Assembly (NCBI GenBank): GCA_031411295.1
Contig: JANOAV010000040.1
Span: forward strand, 28,705-92,704
Source of the DNA: Verrucomicrobiales bacterium
GTDB taxonomy: Bacteria > Verrucomicrobiota > Verrucomicrobiia > Verrucomicrobiales > V1-33
Reading direction: 5' to 3'
DNA: 64,000 nucleotides
A program made the position numbers and the translations under genes. Shown here in pieces: positions 19,434 through 31,000 of the stretch (its first letter is position 1; the number at the start of each line of letters is the position of its first letter). The notes below the pieces were generated by a model. That model saw nothing but the letters and a program-made list of their open reading frames with translations, did no database searches and had not been told where the DNA came from.

Positions 19434-20498
19434 TTACAACAAGAACCCTTCCCGCAGCGAATCAGCCGGATCAATGAAGAAAGAATGATGTCCTGTGATC
19501 GACGCACTGCCCTCAATCTCCGCCACAATAGCGCTGTAGGGCCCCACTGCCAGACCTGCCCGGGCCGGGCGGCCGGTAAACGTTCCTCCCATCAGGCCCT
19601 CCACGATATAGGCCTCCCCCAGATCAATCTCCCCGCGCGCATGCATCAGCGCCAGCCGACCACTCAATGCCGTGCCAGAAGGACTGCGGTCCACCGCCCC
19701 ATCCGTGAAGACACAGACCTGGCGGGCCTGGGCCACCGAGTCCCGCCGTTTGGCCAATTCCTGGGTAAACACGACGCCGGAAAGCAAGCTCAACAAGGGT
19801 TCCGAGTGGTGCACGATTTTGGCCGCGTCCTCCACCACGGCAGCAATGGCCACGCCCATCTGCGTGATGTCGGTGATCCGCTCCGGCGTGATTTCCAAGC
19901 CGACCGAAGCCGCATCCACAAACGCATAGAACTCCCCACCGTAAGCCAAGTCATAGGTGATATGCCCGATGTTAGGCACCAGCGCGCGCAAGTTTTGTCC
20001 CACCACATAGGAGGGCACATTTTCAAAAAACACCCGCCGCACCCGATTCTCTTCCACCCGAGCATAGGCCCGAATCCGCCCCGCAGGGGTGTCAAAGCGC
20101 AACAGCGTCTCCGGGGCCTTCACCTCCACAATGCCTGCCTCCACACAGATCGTAGCCGCGGCCACAATGCCATGGGCGCTCATCGGGCAGATACCACTGC
20201 GATGCAGGAACAACGTGCCGAAATTAGAATCCACCCGCTGCGGTGGCGTCAGCAGACATGCATACATGTCAGGATGTCCCCGGGGCTCCAGTAAAATGGA
20301 ACCGCGCAGATGATCCAGATGCTTGATGCTGTAGCGGCACTTATCGATCATCGTCACCCCCCGGGGCAGCGGATAGCCGCCCAGAACCAAGCGCAGCGGT
20401 TGCCCGCACACGTGGGCATCGATCGCTTCGATCTTCAGCCCGTGTGAAGGCAAAGCCCACTGATGCCAGTGGTGAGGTTCCAGATTCGTCGTTTCCAC
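19434..20498 (-). CDS. Proline racemase / hydroxyproline epimerase superfamily protein with Ser/Ser active site
   Basis: IDAH..GQPLR, EPRGH.DM, YGG.FYA, MSAHG and DRSPSGT; GTG start inferred. Confidence 0.85.
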   Translation of the reverse strand: METTNLEPHHWHQWALPSHGLKIEAIDAHVCGQPLRLVLGGYPLPRGVTMIDKCRYSIKHLDHLRGSILLEPRGHPDMYACLLTPPQRVDSNFGTLFLHRSGICPMSAHGIVAAATICVEAGIVEVKAPETLLRFDTPAGRIRAYARVEENRVRRVFFENVPSYVVGQNLRALVPNIGHITYDLAYGGEFYAFVDAASVGLEITPERITDITQMGVAIAAVVEDAAKIVHHSEPLLSLLSGVVFTQELAKRRDSVAQARQVCVFTDGAVDRSPSGTALSGRLALMHARGEIDLGEAYIVEGLMGGTFTGRPARAGLAVGPYSAIVAEIEGSASITGHHSFFIDPADSLREGFLL

Positions 20499-20541
20499 AA
20501 TGATAAATTTACGCAGAGCGTTACGGCTCAGCGAGTTGGGA

Positions 20542-21636
20542 CTAACGTTCCACCCGCTTGCTACCACCACCCATTTCCTTCTCCACTTCACTCAGCGTGG
20601 CGAAGGAGGTATCCCCCGGCGTGGTCATCGCCAGCGCGCCATGCGCCGCACCATACTCCACTGCCTTAGCCGCATCGTTGTGCTTCAGGAAACCATAGAT
20701 CAGACCGCTGGCGAAGCTATCGCCACCGCCCACCCGATCCAGGATTTCCAGCCCATTGCGTTGCGCGGCCCGATGGAATTCGCCCGCGTGCCACAGGATC
20801 GCCCCCCAATCATTGATCGTGGCAGACTGCACCGTGCGCAGCGTGGTGGCCGCCACTTTGAAGTTAGGGAAATCTTTCACCGCCCGCTCGATCATGTTCT
20901 TGAAGCTCCCAATCTCAATCGTCGAGATGTGCTCATCCACCCCCTCCACTTCAAATCCTAACGAGGCCGTGAAATCCTCCTCATTCCCAATCATTACGTC
21001 CACACTCTTGGCGATGCGACGGTTCACCTCCTGTGCCCGAGCCTTGCCGCCGATCCCCTTCCACAGGCTGGGCCGATAGTTCAAATCATAACTCACAATC
21101 GTCCCATGTTTGCGCGCACATTCCACCGCCTCGATCACCACCTCAGGCGTGGTGTCGCTCAGCGCAGCGAAAATGCCGCCCGTATGGAACCAACGCACCC
21201 CTTGTTTGCCGAAAATTTCCTCCCAATCCACATCGCCCGGCTTCATGTGACTGGCCGCCGTATTTCCCCGGTCCGGAATCCCCTTCGCCCCGCGGATGCC
21301 ATACCCTCGCTCCGTAAAATTCAGCCCATTCCGCACCGAACGCCCGATGCCATCATACGGCACCCATTGAATGTGGCGCGTATCCACCCCACCCTGCATG
21401 ATGAAATCCTCCACCAAATGCCCCACATCATTATCCGCAAACGCCGTCACCACACTCGTGCGCAGACCGAAACATTTCCGCAACCCGCGCGCCACATTAT
21501 ACTCGCCTCCGCCTTCCCAGACCTTGAATTCACGAGCACAGCGGATGCGCCCCTCACCCGGGTCCAGACGCAGCATGATTTCCCCCAGGGAAATGAGATC
21601 GTATTGGCAAGAGTCTGCGGATTTGAGCTGGAGCAT
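20542..21636 (-). CDS. kdgK: 2-keto-3-deoxygluconate kinase, PfkB family
   Basis: GEIMLRL, GGGEYNVA, DLNYRPSLW, DRVGGGDSF, TPGD. Confidence 0.85.
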   Translation of the reverse strand: MLQLKSADSCQYDLISLGEIMLRLDPGEGRIRCAREFKVWEGGGEYNVARGLRKCFGLRTSVVTAFADNDVGHLVEDFIMQGGVDTRHIQWVPYDGIGRSVRNGLNFTERGYGIRGAKGIPDRGNTAASHMKPGDVDWEEIFGKQGVRWFHTGGIFAALSDTTPEVVIEAVECARKHGTIVSYDLNYRPSLWKGIGGKARAQEVNRRIAKSVDVMIGNEEDFTASLGFEVEGVDEHISTIEIGSFKNMIERAVKDFPNFKVAATTLRTVQSATINDWGAILWHAGEFHRAAQRNGLEILDRVGGGDSFASGLIYGFLKHNDAAKAVEYGAAHGALAMTTPGDTSFATLSEVEKEMGGGSKRVER

Positions 21637-21865
21637 GGTAAAATTCAGGGTTGAGGATGGGGGAAAATGAAAAGTGAGAGCCCATTGCCTATATGAAATC
21701 CGCAGAGATTCAAGTTTTCAGATGCAAGAAATGTGAATAATTCCGACCGCTCTCGGCAGATGCGAAATCCCCGGCCATCCCGCAGCCATCAGCATTACCG
21801 AGCAGTGCGGCGGAGCAGACGCCTGCTCCGGCCACGAAGCGGTAAGTGCTGCGCGCGGCGGAGGG

Positions 21866-22528
21866 CTAATATTCCCCAAAGATCCGCCGCACGGCCAAGG
21901 CGAGCGCGGCGGCTAATTTCTCATGGTTCTCCGCGTCCAAATGGAGTGCGTCGATCTGGGTAGGCTCGACGAAATCCTGAGCATTTAAATAATTGATCTG
22001 AAGCAATTGCGCGACGGCTTCATAGTGACGGGGTAGCTGTAGGGATTTCTCCCGCCCCTGGTCAAAGCGAACCGCCAAATCGGGCAGATCAAGCATCTCG
22101 CCAACTGCCGCTGGACAGACCAGGAGCACCTGCGGGGCCTTACCGTCCGGGCCGGACGGGCTGCGCAAAATGAGTCGAGTGAGGGTCGCGACTCCCCCTG
22201 CAATGTCCTGCGGCGGCAGGGCCAGCATCGTTTTCAGATCGTTGGTTCCCAGCATGAGAATCACCAGATCAATGGGGGCATGGGTTTCCAGGACTACAGG
22301 CAAGTGGGTCCGTCCGTTGCGGGAAGCTTCCGCTATGGGGTCTTCGTGCACGGTGGTGCGCCCATTCTGCCCCTCTTCCATCACTCGATACTGAGGCCCT
22401 AGCAGGGCGGCTAATTTTCCGGTCCAGCGCACCGACGGGGCATGGCGTATGGGCACGGGTGAGCTGCTGGAGGCGGCTGCGTTGTAGCCCCACGTATTCG
22501 AATCACCGTAGCAGAGAATCGTCTTCAT
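21866..22528 (-). CDS. SGNH/GDSL hydrolase
   Basis: GDSNTWG, EEG.NGRTT, LGTND, D.LH. Confidence 0.9.
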   Translation of the reverse strand: MKTILCYGDSNTWGYNAAASSSSPVPIRHAPSVRWTGKLAALLGPQYRVMEEGQNGRTTVHEDPIAEASRNGRTHLPVVLETHAPIDLVILMLGTNDLKTMLALPPQDIAGGVATLTRLILRSPSGPDGKAPQVLLVCPAAVGEMLDLPDLAVRFDQGREKSLQLPRHYEAVAQLLQINYLNAQDFVEPTQIDALHLDAENHEKLAAALALAVRRIFGEY

Positions 22529-22568
22529 AGGGGCATATTCATGGCCACAAAGCGACTCTGTGCAAGCC

Positions 22569-23615
22569 TTAGCTGTGATGGGTGGGGAAGGAAATTCGCT
22601 GGGCTGCGGCATCCCAGTGGAACTCGGTCGTTAGGTCAGGTGCCGGACGGCCCAGCAATTGCCAAACGTTGGTCGAGACCATGGCGCAAGCGTTTGCCAG
22701 CGAAACCCGGCCGCAGCGCACCGCGTTTTCCAGGCCTTCTTTCAACCCAAGCGCGGCTCCCGCCAAATAAGGGGTGCCCAGCAATGACAATCGGCCCGCC
22801 GGACTCAACTCCACTTTGCCCCCGATGGACGCATCGTAAATGCCCGGCTGGCAACGCGCCGGGGCGGCGGCATCGCTCACTAGAATGAGCCGATCCAAGC
22901 CTTTGGCGCGCGGCAGCACCTGCATGACCGATTCCGGCAAATGGTGCCCATCATAGATTGCGCTGGCATACAGTGGATCCTCCGCCAGTTGATCCCAGAT
23001 GACATTCGGATGTCGTGGCAGGAGGGCGGGAACCCCATTTCCCAAGTGGGTGCAAAGTCGAGCACCTGCAGAGATGGCTGCCTTAATCTGGGTGGAAGTG
23101 GCTAGGTGATGGCCCAGGGAAACGAGGATTCCTGCAGTGGTTAGTTGTTCGATCATCTTCAGTGCACCGGGCACTTCCGGGGCCAGGGTGACGATGCGAA
23201 TGAGGCCATTCGCAGCCTCCTGAAGGCGTTGGAATTCATCCCATTGCGGCTCCCTGATCCACTCCACTGGATGCGCTCCACGGGCACCCTCCAGCGGTGA
23301 GATCCAGGGGCCTTCCAGATGAAATCCGAGCACCATGGCTCGGGCCTCCGCATCTTGAAGACATCCTTCCACCAGGCTTTGCAGCGCGCGCAGCATTTGG
23401 GACGGGGACTGGGTGATGATGGTGGGACAGAAGCGCCTCACGCCTTCAGCGGCCAAGGATCGAGCCACGAAACTAACGCTCTCCGGTTGCGGATCTCTTG
23501 CGTTGAAATCCTGCCCGGCAAAGCCATTCACTTGTAAATCAACCCAGCCCGGACTGGTGTAGTTTCCAGAGGGAAAGGTGGCGAGGGATCTTACATCAAT
23601 GGGAGTGGCACTCAT
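22569..23615 (-). CDS. nagA: N-acetylglucosamine-6-phosphate deacetylase-like amidohydrolase
   Basis: PG.VDLQVNG, HLEGPW, GAH, TLAPE, THLGNG, DGHH. Confidence 0.8.
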   Translation of the reverse strand: MSATPIDVRSLATFPSGNYTSPGWVDLQVNGFAGQDFNARDPQPESVSFVARSLAAEGVRRFCPTIITQSPSQMLRALQSLVEGCLQDAEARAMVLGFHLEGPWISPLEGARGAHPVEWIREPQWDEFQRLQEAANGLIRIVTLAPEVPGALKMIEQLTTAGILVSLGHHLATSTQIKAAISAGARLCTHLGNGVPALLPRHPNVIWDQLAEDPLYASAIYDGHHLPESVMQVLPRAKGLDRLILVSDAAAPARCQPGIYDASIGGKVELSPAGRLSLLGTPYLAGAALGLKEGLENAVRCGRVSLANACAMVSTNVWQLLGRPAPDLTTEFHWDAAAQRISFPTHHS

Positions 23616-24349
23616 GCGAGGAGGCTGGCCGCAGGGGTATCGAGGAAGACGGTAACGTTGCCATGCGTCTGGAGAATTGACGCTGGCGCCAAGTTCGAGA
23701 CCGGTCCCAGCAAGCAGGCCTGCACCGCCACGGCCTTGCGCTCATCCGGCACCGTGACGATAATGGCGCGGCTTTTCAGGATTTGGCGAATCGACATGGA
23801 AATGGCTTGCGTGGGCACGGCTTCCAAGGTGGGGAACCAGCCTTCCCCCCACTGCTGCCGCCGACACGCTTCGTCCAGTGCAACCATCAAATACGGCTGT
23901 TCCGTGGAGAAATCGGCGGGCGGATCATTGAACGCCAAATGGCCGTTTTCACCAATCCCCACAAACGCCACGTCGATGGACTGGCCTGCAATCAGCGCAC
24001 CGACCCGGCCACATTCTGCGGCGGCATCCGACTCCCCATTTAAATAATGGAAGCCCGCCAACGGCAAGGGCAGTTGCGACACGAAACGCTCCCATAAATA
24101 TTTCCGGAACGATGCCGGATGGTCCAACGGAAGGCCCACATACTCGTCCAGATGAAAGGCCGTCACCCGATTCCACGCGAGGTCCGGTTGCGCCACCAGA
24201 GCGGCCAGCATTTCGAACTGACTAGCACCCGTGGCGACGATGATCGTGGCTTCCCCGCGTGCTGCGAGGGCCTGACGAATTAGCTTGGCTCCGGCCTCCG
24301 CTGCGGCCAGTCCCATGCTCGTTTTGTTGCTGAATATTTTGCTGTCCAT
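23612..24349 (-). CDS. nagB: Glucosamine-6-phosphate deaminase family
   Basis: [30 protein letters not shown]. Confidence 0.85.
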   Translation of the reverse strand: MDSKIFSNKTSMGLAAAEAGAKLIRQALAARGEATIIVATGASQFEMLAALVAQPDLAWNRVTAFHLDEYVGLPLDHPASFRKYLWERFVSQLPLPLAGFHYLNGESDAAAECGRVGALIAGQSIDVAFVGIGENGHLAFNDPPADFSTEQPYLMVALDEACRRQQWGEGWFPTLEAVPTQAISMSIRQILKSRAIIVTVPDERKAVAVQACLLGPVSNLAPASILQTHGNVTVFLDTPAASLLA

Positions 24350-24445
24350 CCCTCCTTAGTAAAAAATTTCGCGTTGGTATGCAACGGAGAAACCTACCGC
24401 CAAAAATCATTTGCGTCCGCCGCCGCCACCACCAACTATCACGGC

Positions 24446-24751
24446 ATGTTATCCCATATCGTTACCTTCTATACCCGCCCCGAACTGCCTAACGCCGCCG
24501 ATGATCTCATCGCGGGATGTCATGAATACCTCAGCAAGATCCCCGGCATCATCCATTTCCATGTGGGCAAAATGGTCCCCAGCGAGCGGCCAGTAGTCAG
24601 CCAGGAGTATCAGGTGGGGCTGAATCTGATCGTGGCCGACAAGGCGACGGAGCAAGCTTATCAGGTGCATCCGTTGCATTTGGAATTCATCGACAAAGTC
24701 TTCAAGCCCTGCTGTCACAAAGCAGTGATCTTCGATTTTGCATCGGAGTAG
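24446..24751 (+). CDS. Dabb (stress-responsive A/B barrel) protein
   Basis: MLSHIV.F...IPGI...YQVHPLH..F...D pattern. Confidence 0.85.
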   Translation: MLSHIVTFYTRPELPNAADDLIAGCHEYLSKIPGIIHFHVGKMVPSERPVVSQEYQVGLNLIVADKATEQAYQVHPLHLEFIDKVFKPCCHKAVIFDFASE

Positions 24752-24904
24752 CAATTAGGGGAAGACTTTGGCTCTTAAGAGCCCGGATTCCCGCATAAAT
24801 CGCCTGAAAAATGGTTGACCACTCCGAAAGAAACGGAATTTTAACCACGTATTTCTCTGGACTTTCCCTCCAGAGTCGCAGAAGGACACCTCAACATCTC
24901 AGCC

Positions 24905-25405
24905 ATGAAATTTTCCATTAACCGCCTCTTCCGTTCAGCCAGCCTCTGTGGCTTGGCCTTGTCCGCCGTGTCTTGCGTAAGCGGACCGCCTTACCAGCCG
25001 GACGGCAACGTCTTTATCAATGATCGGAAGCCCAAATACGGCTATCAAGGCACCAATAGTCCGACGGCGGATCCAGCAGCCCAAAGCGATAAGCCCAGGG
25101 ATGACCGTGGAGAAGATCCTTCCAAGCTGCATGGTAATGGGGCAGACACTGGCGAAAAGCCCAAATCGGATGAACCCAAGCCCGATAAACCGGTGACCGA
25201 TCCTGCGACCAATCCTCCTGTAGATGAACCCAAACCCAAGCCCGCTCCCACCGCCAATCTGCCATTCGGCACGCCGGTGATCGGGAAACGCGGGTTTGTT
25301 TACAGCCCCTACGCTCCCGCCCAGGGGATGGTCGATGTGAGTGACATCCCCAGCGGCACCAAAGTGGAGTGTCCTTACACGAAAAAAATCTTCCGCGTGC
25401 CGTAG
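24905..25405 (+). CDS. Lipoprotein with low-complexity linker and conserved C-terminal domain
   Basis: AVSC lipobox; C-terminal GFVYSPY...VDV..IPSGT.V.CPYT.KIFRVP. Confidence 0.7.
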   Translation: MKFSINRLFRSASLCGLALSAVSCVSGPPYQPDGNVFINDRKPKYGYQGTNSPTADPAAQSDKPRDDRGEDPSKLHGNGADTGEKPKSDEPKPDKPVTDPATNPPVDEPKPKPAPTANLPFGTPVIGKRGFVYSPYAPAQGMVDVSDIPSGTKVECPYTKKIFRVP

Positions 25406-25417
25406 CCTGACGCAGAC

Positions 25418-26293
25418 TTGACGTCGGCGTTTGATCTCATGCTAGTAGAATCCATCGCAGTGCTCGGTCCCGGGCTTCTCGGCGGCAGCATTTTACACGA
25501 TGCGATGCGGTTGGGTGTGCCTTCAGTGCGAGCTTATGCCCGCCGTTTGGAGGTGTGCCAGGAGATTGATCGACTTTGCCTGGCCCACATAGCCACCACG
25601 GATCTGGCTAGAGCGGTCCAGGGGGCATCGTTGATCGTGCTGGCATCCCCAGTGGGCACTTACCCACAGTTGGTGGAGAATTTGCTAAGCTGCCCGCTGG
25701 CGGATGACGTGCTCATTACCGATGTTGGCAGTGTCAAGGGGATGGTCCTGGCCACCGCTGGCAAATTATGTCGCGCGGCGGGACGCACGTTTATTGGGAG
25801 CCATCCCATGGCCGGATCTGAAGCCAAAGGGCTGCTGGCCAGTCGTGCGCGGTTGTTTGAGCAGGCGGCTTGCATCCTCACGCCGGAGAGCGATACGCCA
25901 CCTCCAGCCCTGGTCAGTTTAACGCAGTTTTGGACGGACTTGGGGTGCCGGGTGTCCACCATGGACGCGGCCCGCCACGACCAGGTGGTGGCGCGGATTA
26001 GCCACATGCCCCATTTGGCGGCAGTGGCAGTAACCCTGGCCGCTCTGGGGGAGGATCCTGACATTGCGCAATTTGCCGCAGGCGGCCTGCGGGATACCAC
26101 CCGGGTGGCTTCGGGGGATCCTGAGATGTGGCGTGAAATCTTACTGGAGAATCGTCCGGCCGTGCTCGCGGCAGGACGGGATTTGCAACAGAAATTGGCC
26201 GCGTTGCTTAGTTGGCTGGAAACTCAGGAGGAAGCGCCACTGGTCCAGGCCCTAGCAACCGCCAAGCAACTCCGGGATCAGCGTTATGCTTGA
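25418..26293 (+). CDS. tyrA: Prephenate/arogenate dehydrogenase
   Basis: G.GLLGGS, DVGSVK, HPMAGSE, HD..VA.ISH.PH, RDTTRVA. Confidence 0.9.
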   Translation: MTSAFDLMLVESIAVLGPGLLGGSILHDAMRLGVPSVRAYARRLEVCQEIDRLCLAHIATTDLARAVQGASLIVLASPVGTYPQLVENLLSCPLADDVLITDVGSVKGMVLATAGKLCRAAGRTFIGSHPMAGSEAKGLLASRARLFEQAACILTPESDTPPPALVSLTQFWTDLGCRVSTMDAARHDQVVARISHMPHLAAVAVTLAALGEDPDIAQFAAGGLRDTTRVASGDPEMWREILLENRPAVLAAGRDLQQKLAALLSWLETQEEAPLVQALATAKQLRDQRYA

Positions 26294-26405
26294 CGAGGGG
26301 GCAATTTCGTAGTTGCAACCACCGGGGTAAAAGCCGAACTCCCGCTGCGCCAGCCAGTTAGTCTGCTGCGAGTTTCCCTCTCTTCCCCAAACATCCATTT
26401 TCACC

Positions 26406-27749
26406 ATGTCTGAATACCGAGTTCGTCGAGCCAAATCCATCACCGCAGAAATTCGCGTTCCGGGCGACAAGTCCATTTCGCACCGGGCGGTCATGTTCTC
26501 TGCCTTGGCAAATGGGGTTAGTCGCGTCACGGGTTTCCTGGCCAGTGAAGATTGCCTTTCCACCATGGAATGCATGCGCCGTATGGGAGTAACCATCCTG
26601 GCTTTCGATGCGGCGGGTCATCCCTGGCAAGCCACGGATGACCAGGGACAGCACCTGCCCGGCCCCACCAGTTTGGAAATTCATGGCTGCGGCATGCAAT
26701 TGCAGGCTCCCACGCAGGATCTTGATTGCGGCAATTCCGGCACCACCATGCGATTGCTGGCGGGCATCGTGGCAGCGCAACCATTTGCCAGTCGCATGAT
26801 CGGGGATGCATCCCTGTCACGCCGCCCGATGAAACGCATCATGGACCCGCTGAGTCAGATGGGCGCGGATATTCGTTCCGAGAGCAACAACGGGTGTGCG
26901 CCCCTGCTTGTTACCGGTGGGAAGCTCAAGCCCATTAATTACACCCTGCCCGTGGCCAGCGCTCAAGTGAAGAGTGCGGTGTTGCTAGCAGGCCTCTTTG
27001 CCGATGGCGAAACGACGGTGGTGGAACCCACCATCACGCGCGACCATACGGAAACAATGCTCAAGTATTTCGGAGTCACCACGGTGCGCCAAGAACAGAA
27101 TATAAGCGTGCAGGGCGGTCAGATCCCGCAAGCCCGAGATTTTCAAGTGCCGGGTGATATTTCCAGCGCAGCCTTCTGGGCGGTGGCCGCAGCGGCTCAG
27201 CCGGGGGCGACCCTGACGATCGCGGACGTGGGATTGAATTCCACGCGCACCGGAGTGTTGGCGGTCTTGCAGCGCATGGGCGCGGACATCACCATTGTTC
27301 CCCATAGCAAGGATCAAGCGGAACCCATGGGGACCGTTACCATCAGAGGCGGCACGCTCCAGGCAACCGTGATTGAAGGTGCGGAGATCCCAAACGTGAT
27401 CGACGAGCTACCGGTGCTGGCAGTCGCTGCCGCCTTGGCTCAAGGGCGCACGATCATCCGTGATGCGGGAGAACTGCGGAACAAGGAATCCGACCGCATA
27501 ACCTGCGTGGCCACCAACCTGCTGGCCATGGGCGGACAAGTGAAGGAACTTCCCGACGGGATGGAAATCGAAGGTGGCAGCCCCTTGCACGGTGCTCGCG
27601 TAACCAGTTACGGGGATCATCGGATCGCCATGGCATTCGCCATTGCCGGGCTCTTTGCCGATGGCGAAACCATCGTGGAAGATGTTGACTGCGTGGCTAC
27701 CAGTTACCCGGGCTTCGATACCCACTTGGCGCTGGTCAGTCAATCCTAA
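26406..27749 (+). CDS. aroA: 3-phosphoshikimate 1-carboxyvinyltransferase (EPSP synthase)
   Basis: PGDKSISHR, DCGNSGTT.RL, SAQVKSA, RDHTE, KESDR, DHRIAM. Confidence 0.97.
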   Translation: MSEYRVRRAKSITAEIRVPGDKSISHRAVMFSALANGVSRVTGFLASEDCLSTMECMRRMGVTILAFDAAGHPWQATDDQGQHLPGPTSLEIHGCGMQLQAPTQDLDCGNSGTTMRLLAGIVAAQPFASRMIGDASLSRRPMKRIMDPLSQMGADIRSESNNGCAPLLVTGGKLKPINYTLPVASAQVKSAVLLAGLFADGETTVVEPTITRDHTETMLKYFGVTTVRQEQNISVQGGQIPQARDFQVPGDISSAAFWAVAAAAQPGATLTIADVGLNSTRTGVLAVLQRMGADITIVPHSKDQAEPMGTVTIRGGTLQATVIEGAEIPNVIDELPVLAVAAALAQGRTIIRDAGELRNKESDRITCVATNLLAMGGQVKELPDGMEIEGGSPLHGARVTSYGDHRIAMAFAIAGLFADGETIVEDVDCVATSYPGFDTHLALVSQS

Positions 27750-28050
27750 CACAGATTGATTCCCCCGCCGACCCTTTGGTTAGACCCTCTGGTGCAAGCC
27801 ATGAGAACTCACCGGACGTCGTGCTGCGGAGGCCGCAGTCCATGATAGCGCTGCCCATATTTACTATTCCTTGCTGCCGTCGCCTGGCCCGGATTTGAAT
27901 TTCTCTGAAGCGAAGTGCTGCCCAATGGAAAGTCGAGCTAAAAATCCCTCGTCATACTTTCCCATTTCGGGCTTAAGGAATTAGCCGACTTAGAGTTGCA
28001 CCTCCTAGGTCTCCCCCACCCTTTTCCATTCCTTCAAGCAGATCCGTCCC

Positions 28051-31000
28051 ATGAAGCCACCATCTTCTCATGCCCTAATCCCGCTCTGCGCTTCGGCGGT
28101 GCTCATGCTGGGCGTGGCAGGTGCCCACGATGCTCATCACCGCGATGTCATAACCGCCAGCGGTTATCGCCTTACGGGTGAGGCCGCAGCGGCTGAGCTG
28201 GAAGCGGCGGCCAATCGTCTATCCGCATCGGCGGAACCTGAATCGTCGGCTGCTACGAAGGGCTGGGAGCCCGTGGTGTATGCGCCGCCCGCGGGAAATG
28301 GCACCTTGTTGGCCGCATCGTTTGCTCCGTTTAAGCCTTATGTTCGTTATTACTGGGACTCGACTTATTTTTACGCCGAGGGCGATAGCATGCCGCCTCC
28401 AGGATTGATGCCAACTCCAATGGTGGGGATTACCGCATGGCAGCAGCAATTACCCATTCCAGTGGGCTACTTTGGCAATGTCACCAATCCAGAGACGGAC
28501 ACGGCTTCGCTGGGCTATGGGAAGCCGAACGTCTGGCGGATTCCTCTGGTGCCGGTTCCTGCGGCAGCGCCTATCTCCCTAACGGGCAACTTTTTGCGAG
28601 GCGCAGTGGCCATTGGGGCGAATGGGATTCCCATTTTCAATCCGCGCAACAACACGGGGCAGTTCTCGCAGGCCATTGGCGAGCTTGATAGCTATGGTGG
28701 GCATTGCGGTCGGGCGGATGATTACCACTATCACATTGCACCGGTGCATTTGTATTCCGTGCTGAGCCCTGACAAACCCTGCGCGTGGGCTTTGGATGGA
28801 TATCCCATTTACGGCTACCTCGAACCGGATGGGACAGCACAGCAGGCGCTGGATGGCGATGGCGGACACACGCATGGCACCTGGGGTTACCATTACCATG
28901 CCCGGGGCACCGCTGCTACTGGTCCACAGAGTCCGTATCTTATGAATGCCATGCATGGCACCGTGGTCAATTACGGGGGACAAATTGATCCTCAGCCGAC
29001 CGCCAGTTCGATTGCTCCAGCGGGATCGCCTTTGGCTGGTGCTGCCATCACGGGCTTTGCGCGTCCAAGTAAAGACTCGTATGTCCTGACCTATACGGTT
29101 GGGGGGGCTAGTTACAACGTCGCGTATTCCATCAATCGCATCGCGCACACCGTGACCGTCAATACTCAAAGTCCCACCAACCCCACTGGCACTTCAGCGA
29201 CTTACACCAACGCCTCGCGCTTCAGTTATTACCCCATGAGTGGACCGTCCATGGCCAAACTCCCGGACACAGGGCAAACCTTAAACGCGACCGCCACCGC
29301 CGGGGAAGACAGCGACTATACCATCAACGCTCCGACCTTCACCGACAATGGAAACAGCACTGTGACGGATGCCGTGACTGGACTGATGTGGCAGAAAACG
29401 GATAGCGGTGAAATGACCTGGGAGAACGCCGTGGCCGGGGCTGCCAGCATCACGTTAGGCGGCTTCAGTGATTGGCGACTCCCCACCGCTCAGGAAGCGT
29501 TCAGTATTTTGAATCACAATAGCAACCCGGCACTCAACAGCACCTATTTCGTCAATCATGCCAGTGGCACCCCAGGCTATTGGTGGACCAGTGATCTCTT
29601 TTATGGCGACAACACGAAGGCTTGGGCGACCAACGCTGGGGGTGGTCTGGGCCCGCATCCCAAGACCTCCACGATCAGTGCTGGAGGAACGCTACGATTC
29701 CATGCGCGCTATGTCCGGGGCGCGAATCCCACGCTGGGCCATAACTATCTTAACAACGGGGATGGCACGATCACGGACTTGGATACCGGCCTGATGTGGA
29801 CGCAGGCCCCCTCCACCGCCATGTCGTGGTCGAATTCGCTAACTTATGCTGAAGGGCTCACGCTGGGCGGTTTCAACGACTGGCGTTTACCTAACGTAAA
29901 GGAACTGCAATCACTGCAAGACATCACCCGCGCCACGGCTTCTGCGGTTACAACGGTGCCCTGCCTCAATCGCATGTTGTTTCCTGCCGCTACCGCCACG
30001 GCTTACTGGTCATCCACCAGCGTGAAGGCCGGCACGCCAACGAATGCGTGGCTCGTGGATTTCGGGGTCACGACCACGGCCACGCCTTCGAGAAATCAGC
30101 AGGGCATTGTGAGCTACGAACCTTATGCTGCGACGTATCCAGTTTTCGCAGTGCGGACGGCCGAACTTTCAGTAAGCCGTTCCATCAGCCAGGGCCTGGC
30201 CACCACGAACACGACAAATCTTTATCCTGCTGGCCAGCGAGTTTCCGGTGTGGGCACGAGCACGGCCACGGATGCCACCACCCGGACGGTGCCAGCGGCC
30301 ACGCAATTCACCACCGCCACGAAAGCCAGCGATCTCTATAACGAAACCACCAACGTGACGCCTGCGAACATTGCGGCAGTAAATTTAGCCAACGTTCCTA
30401 TCATTACGGTAGATGCGGATGGCGAGGTCATCACAGGTTATCTTTTTGCGGACAATTATTTCGAACTCTATGTCAACGGAACCCTGGTGGCGGTCGATCC
30501 CGTGCCCTACACGCCATTCAATTCCTGCGTGGTGAAATTTCGCGCCAAGCGCCCGATTACTTATGCCGTGAAATTGGTGGACTGGGAGGAGAATCTGGGG
30601 ATCGGCTCTGAACTCAATGGTGGCAGCGCTTACCACGCGGGCGATGGCGGCTTCATGGCCAGCTTTAGCGATGGCACGGTGACAGGTCCGGCCTGGAAGG
30701 CGCAGTCATTTTATATCGCCCCGCTCAATGATCCGGCGTTCGTGGTGGAGCAACCAAATGGAACTCACGATTCCTCTGCGGCCGGATTGCTGACACCGAC
30801 GCTCAATCAGAACAGCTACGCGCTGCATTACGCGGTGCCCGCCAACTGGTATGCCAAAGCCTTCTCGGATGCAGGCTGGCCAGCGGCTACGACCTATACC
30901 GAAGCTATTGTGGGCGTGAATGATAAGCCTGCTTACACCAATTTTCCCGCCCAATTCAGCAACAGTGGCGCACAGTTCATCTGGTCCTCGAATCTGGTGC

